DNA of 63,695 nucleotides, filler included, from Octopus bimaculoides (GCF_001194135.2; 5 parts of 4 records of this genome joined end to end with filler, not necessarily neighbours in it); one strand, 5' to 3'. Shown: positions 24,935-37,575, counted from the first letter of the whole stretch. The notes: generated by a model from the letters alone, not told the origin. Numbers and translations are program-made.

Positions 24935-25150
24935 CAGCATGCTAGTAGAATTGTAACTACACTGCACAAAATGCTTGGCAGTATTTCTTCCAGCTCTTTA
25001 TATTCTGAGTTCAAATGTTACTGAGGTCTACTTTGCCTTTCATCCTTTCAGTGCTGATAAAATTAGTACCAGCTGAGCACTGGGATCAAAATGAATGACT
25101 TCTCTCATCCATCAAAATTGCTGGCCTTGTGCCAAAATTAGAAAGGATTA
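24935..25150 (+). mobile_element. SINE family B copy
   Basis: CTGAGTTCAAAT...GAGGTCTACTTTGCCTTTCATCCTTTC core. Confidence 0.75.
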
Positions 25151-25261
25151 TTATTTCTCGAAATACTGTATACAAAGTAAATTGTCAAATCCTGATACAG
25201 TGGATAATAGATTATTTACCCTTGTATCTGTTGGGCAGTACTGCATGTTACATGTGGTATT

Positions 25262-25559
25262 ATCATCATCATCATCATCATCGTTTAACGTCCGCTTTCC
25301 ATGCTAGCATGGGTTGGACGATTTGACTGAGGACTGGTGAAACCGGATGGCAACACCAGGCTCCAGTCTGATTTGGCAGAGTTTCTACAGCTGGATGCCC
25401 TTCCTAACGCCAACCACTCAGAGAGTGTAGTGGGTGCTTTTACGTGTCACCCGCACGAAAACGGCCACGCTCGAAATGGTGTCTTTTATGTGCCACCCGC
25501 ACAAGCCAGTCCAGGGGCACTGGCAACGATCTCGCTCGAAAATCCTACAGGAGCCAGTC
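25262..25559 (-). mobile_element. Young RTE-type 3' tail with a (GAT)n end
   Basis: (CAT)n followed by CGTTTAACGTCCGCTTTCCATGCTAGCATGGGTTGGACG..., CpGs intact, runs into a gap. Confidence 0.75.
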
Positions 25560-25659
25560 NNNNNNNNNNNNNNNNNNNNNNNNNNNNNNNNNNNNNNNNN
25601 NNNTTAATTAATTAANNNNNNNNNNNNNNNNNNNNNNNNNNNNNNNNNNNNNNNNNNNN

Positions 25660-25698
<39 letters not shown>

Positions 25699-26060
25699 GT
25701 TCATGTGCGTGTGTGTATGTTTGTGTGTGTGTGTTTGTGTGTGTGTGTATGTGTGTGTGTATGTGCGTGTGTGTTTTATGTCAGAATTTATAGAGTTCCC
25801 AGAGAACTTGGAATAATTTTTCTATGTAATTATTTCTTGAAGTACATACAGGACCTGTAAATGATAGCAGGTAAACATTGATTTGAAATACATGTGATTC
25901 TAGATGTGTGTGTATGTGTGTGTATGTGTGTGTGTGTGGGTGTGTGTATCTGTGTCTGAGACTGTGTTGCATACAGTCATACATAACATTACATATAGAT
26001 GTAAAACGTAACAAAATATATTATGTAATAAAAAATACATATATATCGGTATATATATGC

Positions 26061-26127
<67 letters not shown>

Positions 26128-27444
26128 TGTATGTATAGACGTATGGGTGCGTGTGTACTAATATATTGTTGCGATTAACGAGGGTTATCGATCAAAAGCG
26201 ATGGTTATGCCAACATTGTTCTAGATTCCGTTGATAAACAAAGCCTGGTGTTGATGGTAACCCAATCTAGAGACAAGCTGCTGCCGCTACACTTTGTCAA
26301 CAGTCATATTCTGTATTCCCATCTCTGTATATAAACATTACACAAAGGTATTCAATGATTCAGTTACACCGATATCCTGGTTCAGTGTGTTATTATTTCA
26401 TGCTCCAATAGTTTGAACGTTTCGCCAAAGACTGTGGACAGAGCATACTTGATAATTGTAGATACACAAGCGCAAGCGTGGCTGTGTGATAAGAACTATG
26501 TCTTCACAACCACATTGTTCCGAGTTCAGTCACATTGCCAGGCACCTTGGAAGTGTTACTTCTACTAGAGCTACGCACTGACCAAGGCGGAAACAGAAAA
26601 AATCCCGTCGCACGCATATATATATATATCTGTGTGTGTCTATATGTATATACGTACAGATGCACGCACACACGAACGCAAATACATAATTTTGTAATGC
26701 AATTTTTTAACAACACATAAGAGATTAAATCAATGAAAATTATAAATCTTGCCAACGAAGGAACATTTCAAATAATGAATTGATCTACTAAAATTAGCAG
26801 CCAAATCACTCTCCAATATACCTTATTGCTTTTAAGGATGAGAATGGAGACAATTTAGATCGTGTTACATTATGTCTGAATAAAAAGGAATCTGGTTACT
26901 GTAGGATCTTCTTTGGTTCGAAGTCTGATCGACAACAAGAACAACAACAACAACAATGGCAGCCGTTACGCCAGCAGGATCAGCATCAGTGTAGGCCATA
27001 AAGATTCTGAGAAATTCGGAAAGTAATTATATAGAATATATATATGGGAAATGAAAAGATATATTTTACCATTCCTTCTAAAAGTTCTAACTTAGAGTTT
27101 CTCACATATGATATTCTTTCATTTACCTTTGCAAAAGCTGGAATAACATGAAAAAATAAGACAATGAAACAAAACATGAGGATCCCAATAAAAGAATTTC
27201 CCATTGAAAGTATTCAGACTCGAATGCAGAATAAAAAAGGGAAAAAGTAGCAAGAATATTATTTGGTTGTAATAACAATTATCAATAACGTAACTATCCC
27301 CTCTGAATAAGTTCTGGCAAATTGATAAATGAATCTGGTATCGTTGTTGTTTTTCGTCATCGGGGAACATCTCCCTTTAGACGATGTCTTGTGATAACAA
27401 AAAACGTTTCAAGAATTAAGAATTAACATATTTCTATATGTGGC

Positions 27445-27560
27445 TGTGTGGTAAGAAGTTAGGTTCACAACCACATGGTTCCAGATTCGGTCCAACTGAA
27501 TGTCACCTTGAGCGAGTGTCTTTCACTATAGCCTTGCTCCGACCAAATGGATTTGGTTGG
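27445..27560 (+). mobile_element. SINE family A head
   Basis: GTGGCTGTGTGGTAAG (A-box-like)...GGTTCCAGATTCG (B-box-like)...TATAGCCTTG..CCGACCAAA. Confidence 0.7.
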
Positions 27561-27859
27561 CATATATATATATATATTGGTTGGAATTTACAAAAAAATA
27601 TAAGACAAAGAAAGGTATATAAACAACAAACAGGCGTATTAGTTTGACGCTCGGGAAGGTGAGCGTCAAGTCTGTTACATTTCGAGCCAATGCTCTTCAA
27701 CCCAAAGGAACACGAGAAAATAAACAGAGTGAATGAAAAAAAAAACTTTAGTGGCGAGCGGTCAATCATGGCAATAGCCGGACAGAGGTGGTCAGACAGG
27801 AGAGGTAGGAAGAAGGGGAGTTGAAGTAATGGTGAACCTAAAACGAAGGTGCGCGTGCG

Positions 27860-28350
27860 TTTGTATGTGAGAGCGTGTGTGTGCGATGTAGTGTGGTGGT
27901 ATGATGTGGTGATGTGTGGTGTGTTGTGTTGTGGTGTTGTGGTGTATGGTGTGGTGTGGTGTGGCGATGTGTGGTGTGGTGGAGTGGTGGTGTGTGGTGC
28001 GGTGTGGCATGATGTGGTGTGCTGGTGTTGGGGTGTGGGGGATGCGAGGGTAGGGGATGCAATGAAAGGGTGTAAGGGTGGGGTGTGTGTTGGAGGTGAT
28101 GGTGTTGGGGTAGGGGTGTGGGAGTGGGTGTGAGGGTGTGAGGGTGGGGGTGAGGTATGAGGAAGTGGAATGTGTGGGTTTGGGGCTGGGGATGGGATGT
28201 ATAGGAATGGTGGGGTTGGGATGTGTAGGGGTGGGGTAACGATGGAGGGGTGACGATGAAGGGAGAGGGTGTAAGGGAGAAGGTGGGTAGGAGTGAAGAG
28301 AGGAAGTAGGTGTGGAGGAAGTGAGGAAAGAGGAGGGGAGGGATTTGATC
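27860..28350 (+). repeat. GT/G-rich low-complexity array (GTGTG/GTG units grading into GGG-rich purine tract)
   Basis: Directly visible. Confidence 0.85.
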
Positions 28351-28419
28351 CCATGTGGCACAAAAGAGCGATATGTGTATGTGTGTGTGTGCACCTTTCT
28401 TTGCCCCTCAGGACCACTT

Positions 28420-28605
28420 AACAACCGATGTTAGTGTGCTTGTCCTCGTAACTTAGCGGATCGGCAAAAGAAACCGATGGAGTATGTACAAGGCTTAAAA
28501 CATTAGCACTGGAGTCGATTCATTTGACTAAAAAAATTCTCCAAGGTGGTGCCCCAGCATGGCCGCAGTCTAATTACTGAAACAAGTAAAAGACAAAAGT
28601 TAAAA
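28420..28605 (+). mobile_element. SINE family A tail
   Basis: ACAACCGATG...GTAACTTAGCGG.TCGGCAAAAG...CAGCATGGCCGCAGTC...CTGAAACAAGTAAAAG. Confidence 0.75.
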
Positions 28606-29404
28606 GAAAAATAAACGCATTTGTGTGTCTTCCGATAAAAAATTGAACTCAATACCGACGCACCTGGTATTCACACGATTCTGTATAAAATTCGGACAAA
28701 TCATTATGTTGCAGTTTGAATTTGATTATGCAAGAATCTTATTGGAATGGCATGCGGGTGTTTACTTGGTGTTTTTCTTGCAAGGAATTTTGGAAAGAAA
28801 TACAACAATATTTTCAGATCCTATCAAAGTCCGTTGCTTATCTCTTTAATAATTTAAGCTGACTTAATTGAAATTTAATCTTTACAGAGATCTTGTGCTT
28901 GTGCTGTTTCCAGATTTCACAAATGATAATGTCTTTAGAATTGTATGCAATTTTGTGGAAATGGATGGAGGGAAGGAAAAGAAACCAATACGATTCTTTT
29001 TTTAATATTTTCGCCTTTTTACGTTTCCGTATGTAAGTAGAATATACTAAATCTATAAGGGTCAATCTTGTCTAGGACATGTCTTTAAGATTGATTGCGG
29101 CTAGAATAATGTTGAATAGAGAAGGCCCATCTGAGGTGAAGAAGTTATGTCACAATGATGTCATGGAACATGAGTTCGATTTTTGTAAGGGGGGTATTTT
29201 TCCGGGCCAAACTTTTCGCGACTTGAGAACCTGATACAAAAATCGTTTGGATAATTTTTATGAAATGTTTTCCACATTGCACAAATGACAAAGTATTGAG
29301 AGAAGTGTTGTAGAGAACACAGTGTTAACTTTTTGAGGTGATCCCCAAATACAAGACCTGTTGAATATTATAATTAGCACCATTCTAAGAATATTTAATT
29401 AATT

Positions 29405-29568
29405 TAGGCGCTGGCGTGGCTGAGTAGTAAGCTGTCTGCTTCTCAACCACATGGTTCCAGGTTCAGTCCCACAGCGTGTCACCTCGAGTAAGTGTCTTCT
29501 ACCTTAGCTCCGGGCCGACCAAAGCCTTGTGAGTGGTTTGGGTGGATAGAAACTGAAAGAAGCCCATC

Positions 29569-29647
<79 letters not shown>

Positions 29648-29880
29648 TAACAATGCTTGTGTGTCTTTGTGTTTGTGTATGTCCCGCACCCATGCTTCAG
29701 TACCGGAGTTGATGTGTTTACGTCCCCTTAACTTAGCAGATCGGCGAAAAAACCGACAGAATAAGTTCCAGGCTTTTATAAGAAATATGTATTGCAGTCG
29801 ATTCGCTCGACTATAAATTCTTCAAGGCAGTGGTGCTCCAGCATGGCCGTACTCTAATAACTGAAACAAATAATATATAC
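29405..29880 (+). mobile_element. Full-length SINE family A with an internal (TA)n(TG)n tract
   Basis: Head GGCGCTGGCGTGGCTG..., central microsatellite and tail are all collinear with other copies. Confidence 0.85.
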
Positions 29881-30197
29881 AAGATAAAAAAAAAGCATAA
29901 ATCCCTCTACAAGTGATGTTTGCTGTCGCAAAGTGAAAAGGTGCAGTGAAGGAACCGGAAGCTTGTTCTTACTTTAATTCTTTAAGACAATATCTCACAC
30001 CAATATTCACAAAACTCTAAAGAAATATCTACCAAGATTTATGTGATGCCAGACTTTGTGGCTTCAAAGAACTAGGAACCTTTTTAATGCATAATTGTGT
30101 GAATTTCAACAGATTCCTTCTGTGATTTTCTTTTGTGGCCAGATTTAGTGTGATGTCTTAGATTAGAGTAAGTTGTTATATTCAACAATTTTTGACA

Positions 30198-31480
30198 ATT
30201 GTATTTAAATCGTCTCAAAATTCTATTGTATTTAAATCATCTCAAAATTCTATTGTATTTAAATCGGCTCAAAATTCTATTGTATTTAAATTNNNNNNNN
30301 NNNNNNNNNNNNNNNNNNNNNNNNNNNNNNNNNNNNNNNNNNNNNNNNNNNNNNNNNNNNNNNNNNNNNNNNNNNNNNNNNNNNNNNNNNNNNNNNNNNN
30401 NNNNNNNNNNNNNNNNNNNNNNNNNNNNNNNNNNNNNNNNNNNNNNNNNNNNNNNNNNNNNNNNNNNNNNNNNNNNNNNNNNNNNNNNNNNNNNNNNNNN
30501 NNNNNNNNNNNNNNNNNNNNNNNNNNNNNNNNNNNNNNNNNNNNNNNNNNNNNNNNNNNNNNNNNNNNNNNNNNNNNNNNNNNNNNNNNNNNNNNNNNNN
30601 NNNNNNNNNNNNNNNNNNNNNNNNNNNNNNNNNNNNNNNNNNNNNNNNNNNNNNNNNNNNNNNNNNNNNNNNNNNNNNNNNNNNNNNNNNNNNNNNNNNN
30701 NNNNNNNNNNNNNNNNNNNNNNNNNNNNNNNNNNNNNNNNNNNNNNNNNNNNNNNNNNNNNNNNNNNNNNNNNNNNNNNNNNNNNNNNNNNNNNNNNNNN
30801 NNNNNNNNNNNNNNNNNAATTCTATTGTATTTAAATTATCTCAAAATTCTATTGTATTTAAATCGGCTCAAAATTCTATTGTATTTAAATCGTCTCAAAA
30901 TTCTATTGTATTTAAATCATCTCAAAATTCTATTGTATTTAAATCGGCTCAAAATTCTATTGTATTTAAATTGTCTCAAAATTCTATTGTATTTAAATTA
31001 TCTCAAAATTCTATTGTATATAAATCGTCTCAACATTCTATTGTATTTAAATCGTCTCAAAATTCTATTGTATTTAAATCATCTCAAAATTCTATTGTAT
31101 TTAAATCGTCGCAAAATTCTATTGTATTTAAATCATCTCAAAATTCTAATGTATTTAAATCGTCTCAAAATTCTATTGTATTTAAATCGTCTCAAAATTC
31201 TATTGTATTTAAATCGNNNNNNNNNNNNNNNNNNNNNNNNNNNNNNNNNNNNNNNNNNNNNNNNNNNNNNNNNNNNNNNNNNNNNNNNNNNNNNNNNNNN
31301 NNNNNNNNNNNNNNNNNNNNNNNNNNNNNNNNNNNGTCTCAAAATTCTATTGTATTTAAATCGTCTCAAAATTCTATTGTATTTAAATCATCTCAAAATT
31401 CTATTGTATTTAAATCGTCTCAAAATTCTATTGTATTTAAATCGTCGCAAAATTCTTTTCTATTAAATCGTCTCAAAATT
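30198..31480. repeat. 27-bp minisatellite (TTCTATTGTATTTAAATCGTCTCAAAA)n spanning two gaps
   Basis: More than 20 visible units; the ORF track shows the 9-aa period LKILLYLNR. Confidence 0.95.
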
Positions 31481-31949
31481 CAAATTCTGTTCCCTTTAAT
31501 ATTGCCATGAGCATTACATCATTTGCACAGTCATTGTGGTAAATATTCCATCAACATTGTCCATGTCCAATCGATACTATTATCAAATTCTGAAATTACC
31601 CAAGGTTTTACCCCTGTAAAATATATTCCCCTCTACAAAAACCATAGAGCTCGCATCACATAACAACATTGTGACACAAAATTGTTTTATTTCAACATGT
31701 CCGGCTTTTGTTCGACATTATCTTGAAAGAGATTAAAACAGAAAAGACCCACATAACACTTAAAAGAAGGCCATGACATAACAAGACGTTTCACAAACCA
31801 CCCGATGCACTTCAACGAACAATCTCTTCGATTAAGGCGTGTTGTCTCTAAACATAACTTTAAAAAAAAGAAAACTAAACTACGTGGTAATATTGAGCTT
31901 GACATCAATAAATCCATCCGTGTAATGGTCATTTCTGTTTTACTAAACC

Positions 31950-32270
31950 GTGAAGCTACGTGACTAAGTGGTTAGGTTATTCGTGAGTTCGCATCCTGGC
32001 GGTACGTTGTGTACTTGAGCAAGGCAATTTATTTCAGGTTGCTCCAGTCCAATCAGCTGGCAAAAATGAGTTGTCCCTGTATTTCAAAGGGCCAGCCTTG
32101 TCACATTCTGTGTCACACTGAATCCCCATGAGAACTACGTTAAGGGTACACGTGTCTGTGGAGTGCTCAGCCACTTGCACTTTAATTTCACGAGCAGGCT
32201 GTTTTTGTCGATCAGAGCAAATGAAACGCTCCTCGTCGTAACCGACGGAGTACCTCTTTCCTAAAACCCG
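31950..32270 (+). mobile_element. tRNA-headed SINE (family D)
   Basis: A-box-like GTGACTAAGTGG, B-box-like GAGTTCGCATCC, then TTGAGCAAGGCA and CTCCAGTCCA.TCAGCTGGCAAAAATGAG. Its 3' part recurs reversed/rearranged at ~61030-61130. Confidence 0.7.
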
Positions 32271-32649
32271 CCGATCCATCGTCTCTCTGCAATACAGAAC
32301 TGCGACTGTATTTCGTTTCTTCAACATATTTAAGATAAAATTAAAAACAGAAAAAGTGTAGCCTACTTCTTAAATTTCTGCTTCATCGTAAATCCTTACG
32401 CAGAATGTGGGCGGCAAAACTTCTTTATCACAAGCACGTGACTGAATAAAGACTAATCAAATCTATGAATAATTAACTGATTAGCAGAGGAAACTTAAGG
32501 CTTATTTTGATAGAAATTATTATGGAGAGTGTTTTTGTGTTCTAAGTTGTCTTCGGACGGATTGCTGTATTAAGTTGTTAGCTGCGACGACTGCGAATTA
32601 GAAATTCAAAATACATCGTTTTTTTTATGTTTTACTGGGTTCTGGTGTT

Positions 32650-33009
32650 AGACTGAGGCCATACTGGGGCAACGAATTGAAGAATTTTTAGTCGAATAAA
32701 TCAACTACGATAATTTCTTTTTTTTTATTGAGCCTGGTTTCTATCGGTCTGGTTTACCGAACTCCTAAGTTACATACACGTAGACACACCAACACCTGTT
32801 GTCAAGCGGTGGACAAACACTGACACAAGCACACACACACATACACACACATACGCACAAACGCACGTATACACACACACAAGCACGCACACACATATGC
32901 ATACACACATACATACACGTACATATACATACACATGCACACACACCCACAAATATACATGACGGGCTTCTTCCAGCTTCCGTCTACCAAATCCACTCAC
33001 AAAGTTTTG

Positions 33010-33010
<1 letters not shown>
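32650..33010 (-). mobile_element. SINE family A (microsatellite-expanded)
   Basis: GACGGGCTTCTT.CAG.TTCCGTCTACCAAATCCACTCACAA and tail segment in reverse. Confidence 0.75.
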
Positions 33011-33052
<42 letters not shown>

Positions 33053-33059
33053 TGTGCTG

Positions 33060-33270
33060 TTTTAGTGTGTGTGTGCTTTCTTCACTAATCCTGGGCAACC
33101 GGTGTTGGCGTGTTTACGTCTCAGTAACATAGTGGTTAGGCAAAAGAACCAATAGTATATGTACCAGGTTCAAAAGAGCAAAATAAATATTGGGATAGGT
33201 TCATTCGACTAAAAATTCTCCAGGGAGGTGCCCCCGCATGGCCGCAATCAAATGACACAAGTCAAATGAA
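33060..33270 (+). mobile_element. SINE family A tail
   Basis: GCAACCGGTGTTGG.GTGTTTACGTC...GTGCCCC.GCATGGCCGCA. Confidence 0.7.
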
Positions 33271-33889
33271 ACAAATGCTCGAAATCTCAGCCACTTCAGA
33301 AAAAACATTTTAAACTACCCTAAATAAAGAAATGCTAAAAATTTATTTAAATAAATATTTAATGGCTATACAGTAGAAAAAAAGATGAATTAAGTATGGA
33401 AGAGACAAAAAAAAAAAAAAAAGAAAGTCCAGTTTGAAAAAGAAACAATTCTGTTGACGCAGAAATCGAATTCTTAAGAAAGAAAAGAAATGATAAATCA
33501 ATTTACAAGAGAAACTAACCGAAACATAAAAGAATTACTTTCTTTTATCGTGGGAGGGTCATTATACCAATGATAAACACACGAACAGGTTCTATCTTAT
33601 TTCTTTGTTATTTATATATTTCTTTATTGTTTATTTGCCAACTGGTTAAATATTTTACTAATTAAGTAATCAATTGTTTGATTAATGGTTCGGTCAACCA
33701 ATCATTTAGATTAAATCTGCTTCAGGTTTGTCTGGAATACAGAAAGTATGTCATTGATGAGGTCGTGAGATGGCGACGAAACGACTTTGATAACCGTCGA
33801 TGATTGGGTGATTAATCGAAAGCTTAATAAAAAAACAATCGATTAGTTATTTGGTCTGATAGCTAATCGATTGCCAACAGTAAAGAAGT

Positions 33890-34275
33890 ATGGGTGCAGG
33901 CGTGGTCTGTGTGGTAAGAAGCTGGCTTATTAACCACATGATCAGTCCCACTATGTGGCACCTTGGGCCCACCAAAGTCTTGTGAGTGGGTTTAGTAGAT
34001 AGAAGCTGAAAGAAGCCCGACGTGTATATGTGTAAGTGTAAGTGTGTGTGTGTGTGTTTGTTTCCCACCATCGCTTGACAACTGAGGTTGGTGTGTTTAT
34101 GTGCCCTTAACTTAGCGGCTCGGCAAAAGAGCTTGATAGAATAAGCACTAGGTTAAAAATAAAAATAAAAATAAACTAAGAAAAACTAGAGTTGATTCAT
34201 GCGACTAAAGATTCTTCAAGGCGGTAACCCAGCTTGGCCGCGGTTTAATGGCTGAAACAAGTAAAAGGTAAAAGA
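33890..34275 (+). mobile_element. SINE family A, near full length
   Basis: Head, GAAAGAAGCCCG.CGT, (TG)n and tail ending GCTGAAACAAGTAAAAG. Confidence 0.8.
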
Positions 34276-34754
34276 AATAAAATAGAACCAGTGCGCGTGT
34301 GTTTATTATTGTCATAATGACCCGCCCGAAATACAACAAAAATAATGCTTTAACACACGAGTTCACATTAAGAATCTCGTCAACCAAATACAGAAACGAA
34401 ATAAGAGTGTGGGTAGACAAAGAAAAGAACACAAATATGGAGGAATAGTAGAAAGAATTGATGCTCCAGCATGGGAGAAGTTATTAACACATAAGAAGTG
34501 AACTGGCAACATCGTTAGAGCGTCGGACAAAATGTTCTGGTGTTATATGTTGTGAGTTCAAGTCACGATATCGTCAAAGTATGTTTTTCGTCGTACAAAT
34601 CTTGGTAAAATACGCTCCAGCGACGATTTAATCATCAATGCTCTTTCCCTAAATATCTGGCCTTCTGCCTATGATAGGAATTACGAAATACGCTTAAAGT
34701 GAATGTGTAAGGAGGGGCTTGTGTGTGCTCATTCGTGTGTGTGTGTCTGCGTGC

Positions 34755-34796
<42 letters not shown>

Positions 34797-34997
34797 ACAC
34801 ACGCACACATTACATATATATGTATATGCAATTAAAGTAATACCAAATGTCGATGAAGCTCATCTGAAATCTAACCGAACGAAATATATATCTGATATAT
34901 ATACATATATATATGTATATACATACATATATATGTGTGTGTATGCATATATTTATATATAATTGTGTGTATATAAATACTTATATATATATTTATG

Positions 34998-35028
<31 letters not shown>

Positions 35029-35477
35029 ATGTTTATTCGTGTATATAAATGAATATATATGTATATAATGCATATAAAATAGTCGAGGAGAGAAATACAA
35101 TAGCGACACGTACATATTTATCTAGCAGATTCACAGAACTGAGAACTATTTAGATAGTTTTATTGTGAATAGATTGTGCTCTGCTCTCCGTTCCCAGCTT
35201 TTATATGCCTGCAAATGTTTAGATCGAAGATAAGCAGAATGTGCTACTGGTTCTTTCAAATCTCTTCCTCTATGCCTCATGGTTTATGGAGACGTAGAGA
35301 GCGAATAGATTGATGCAACGACTCTTGCCTATTTATCTAAACGCAATATTGTCGTAACTATCATTATGTATGATATATAGTCTATATATTGGGAATATAA
35401 AGACGATATCTAGTATACACGTATTTGCATTTGGGCATGTGTGTATGTATGTATAAGTTCATGCATACAAACCCACC

Positions 35478-35548
<71 letters not shown>

Positions 35549-35777
35549 GTATGCATATACGCACACATATATATGTGTATGTATGTGTATATAAGACCAA
35601 TATAAAATCATTATATAAACGTGTGTGTGTGATTAAATGTATAAGATTATATAAGCATCAAGATGTGTGTGCTTGTGTATGTGTGTGTGTGTGTGTGTGT
35701 GTGTTTCCTTGGGTATGCAGTCATGCTTCGTGTTATTCTGCGAAATTTTGATCTCTCTATCTCGCTCTCACTATCTG

Positions 35778-35915
<138 letters not shown>

Positions 35916-36177
35916 GGGCTTGCTAACAATATGGACAGCTAGACACCCTATCTAACTTTATATTTAAACAAATTAACACGTACAGCCGTACCAACATTCA
36001 AAGCCATTGCGCATTCATATATTGATGCGCATAAGCGCTCTCTCTTTCTCTCTCTCTCCCTCTCTCTCTCATCCACACACATACACACACTTATACTTAC
36101 ACACAACTCACATAACTGAGGTTGTATGCATGTGAGCATCTACGCTGAGTGGGTGCTTATATCTCTTTCAAAATAGC

Positions 36178-36244
<67 letters not shown>

Positions 36245-36799
36245 GTGTTATGTGTGTGTATATGTGTCTGTCTGTATATCTCTGCAGACATATATATATA
36301 TATTCTGTATTTGAAACGGAAGCTGAAATTTTTTCTCATGTCTCGAGTTTCACGCTGTGAAACATTTAACTCAAATAGTGAGACTCTCAGTTTCGGTTTC
36401 TGGTTCGATAAAACATACCCCGCCACCCTCAAAAAACTAAGACGAAACAAAACAAAAACAAATCAATCCTTTCCACTATGTATCGATCACTCTACTCTTA
36501 TTCGCTCGACCTGAATCATATCCTGTGTTTGACTGTTTTATATGTACCGTATCAATAGTTGATTCTTATCATATCACATCCAGTACATTGTGGAAGAGGC
36601 ATTCTAGCCATTTAATAACGCACAAAGCTGTTAAATACACTTTAAATTTAAATTCATTCGAAGAGGTGTTTTAATTTTTCGTCGCACATCTGCGACCTGT
36701 TCATTGACAGATCATTAGGAAATAAAATGTGTGATAAAAAAAAAACAACAAACTTCGTCACCTCATTAAAAAACACCTGTATCATCTGCATAGACCAGA

Positions 36800-37150
36800 C
36801 TATCTGTCAATATTATACCTCGCTGGTCACAATGCGTTTCCATTTCTTTCTGGATTGCACCACTTTTTACCATCTTGGCCTAAATCGTTCGACTGAATCT
36901 TCTTCCTGTCGTCGAAGAGGCCTTCCAAATGGCATTTCCTGATTACCTGCACAGGTACATCTGTCGTTTGTGAACCTTGCAGCATGTCCGGCCCCGCGGA
37001 ACTTGTGATTTCGGTACTCTGTGGTCACATCCGTTCTCGAATTCTTTCATCTGGAATTTGCTCCTGTAATGATATTCCTTGCATGGAATCCTTCGCATCG
37101 TGGCCAGTTGGAGCTTCTCCCTCTTCGTAGTAACCAACGTCTCGCTATTG
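36800..37150 (-). mobile_element. RTE-clade LINE, RT C-terminal relic
   Basis: Reverse translation SETLVTTK..EKLQ...MRRI.../AGHAARFTNDRCT matches the RTE ETW..T...MERxM and WAGHVAR..D.RWT motifs. Confidence 0.7.
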
Positions 37151-37575
37151 TGTATATATTCTCTTATTCTTTTACTGGTTTTAGTCATTTGACTGCGGCC
37201 ATGCTGGAGCACCACCTTTAAGTCGAACAAATCGACCCCGGAACTTATTCTTTGTAAGCCTAGTACTTATTGTATCGGTCTCTTTTGCCGAACCGCTAGG
37301 TTACGGGGACATACACACACCACCATTGATTGTCAAACGATGGTGGGGGGATACCACAGACACCACAAGCATACAAATAGACAGGCAGACAGACAGACAG
37401 ACACACACACACATATACACGACGGGCTTCTTTCAGTTTCCGTCTACCAAATCCACTCACAAGGCTTCGGTCGGCCCGAGGCTATAGTAGGAGACACTTG
37501 CCCAAAGTACCACGCAGTGGGATTGAATCCGGAACCATGTGGTTGGTAAGCAAGCTACTTACCACACAGCCACTA
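37148..37575 (-). mobile_element. Full-length, young SINE family A
   Basis: Complete collinear copy with CpGs retained (CGGTCGGCCCGAGGCTATAGTAG). Confidence 0.9.

Noticed and set aside
25560-25659. TTAATTAATTAA flanked by 44 N on each side, also at 53993-54004, 57173-57184 and 61379-61390
   Set aside because: An identical 100-bp N-linker-N cassette each time, and the 12-mer is a palindrome with stops in all six frames. This is an artificial scaffolding spacer, not a biological motif.
27503-28424. 304-aa and 210-aa Pro/His/Thr-rich ORFs
   Set aside because: Translations of the reverse complement of a GT/G-rich low-complexity array; no splice or domain evidence.
30198-31480. Regular ~27-bp repeats suggestive of a CRISPR array, and the 424-aa ORF over them
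   Set aside because: Units are contiguous with no unique spacers, there are no cas genes, the context is eukaryotic, and the ORF is only the repeat and Ns lacking stops.
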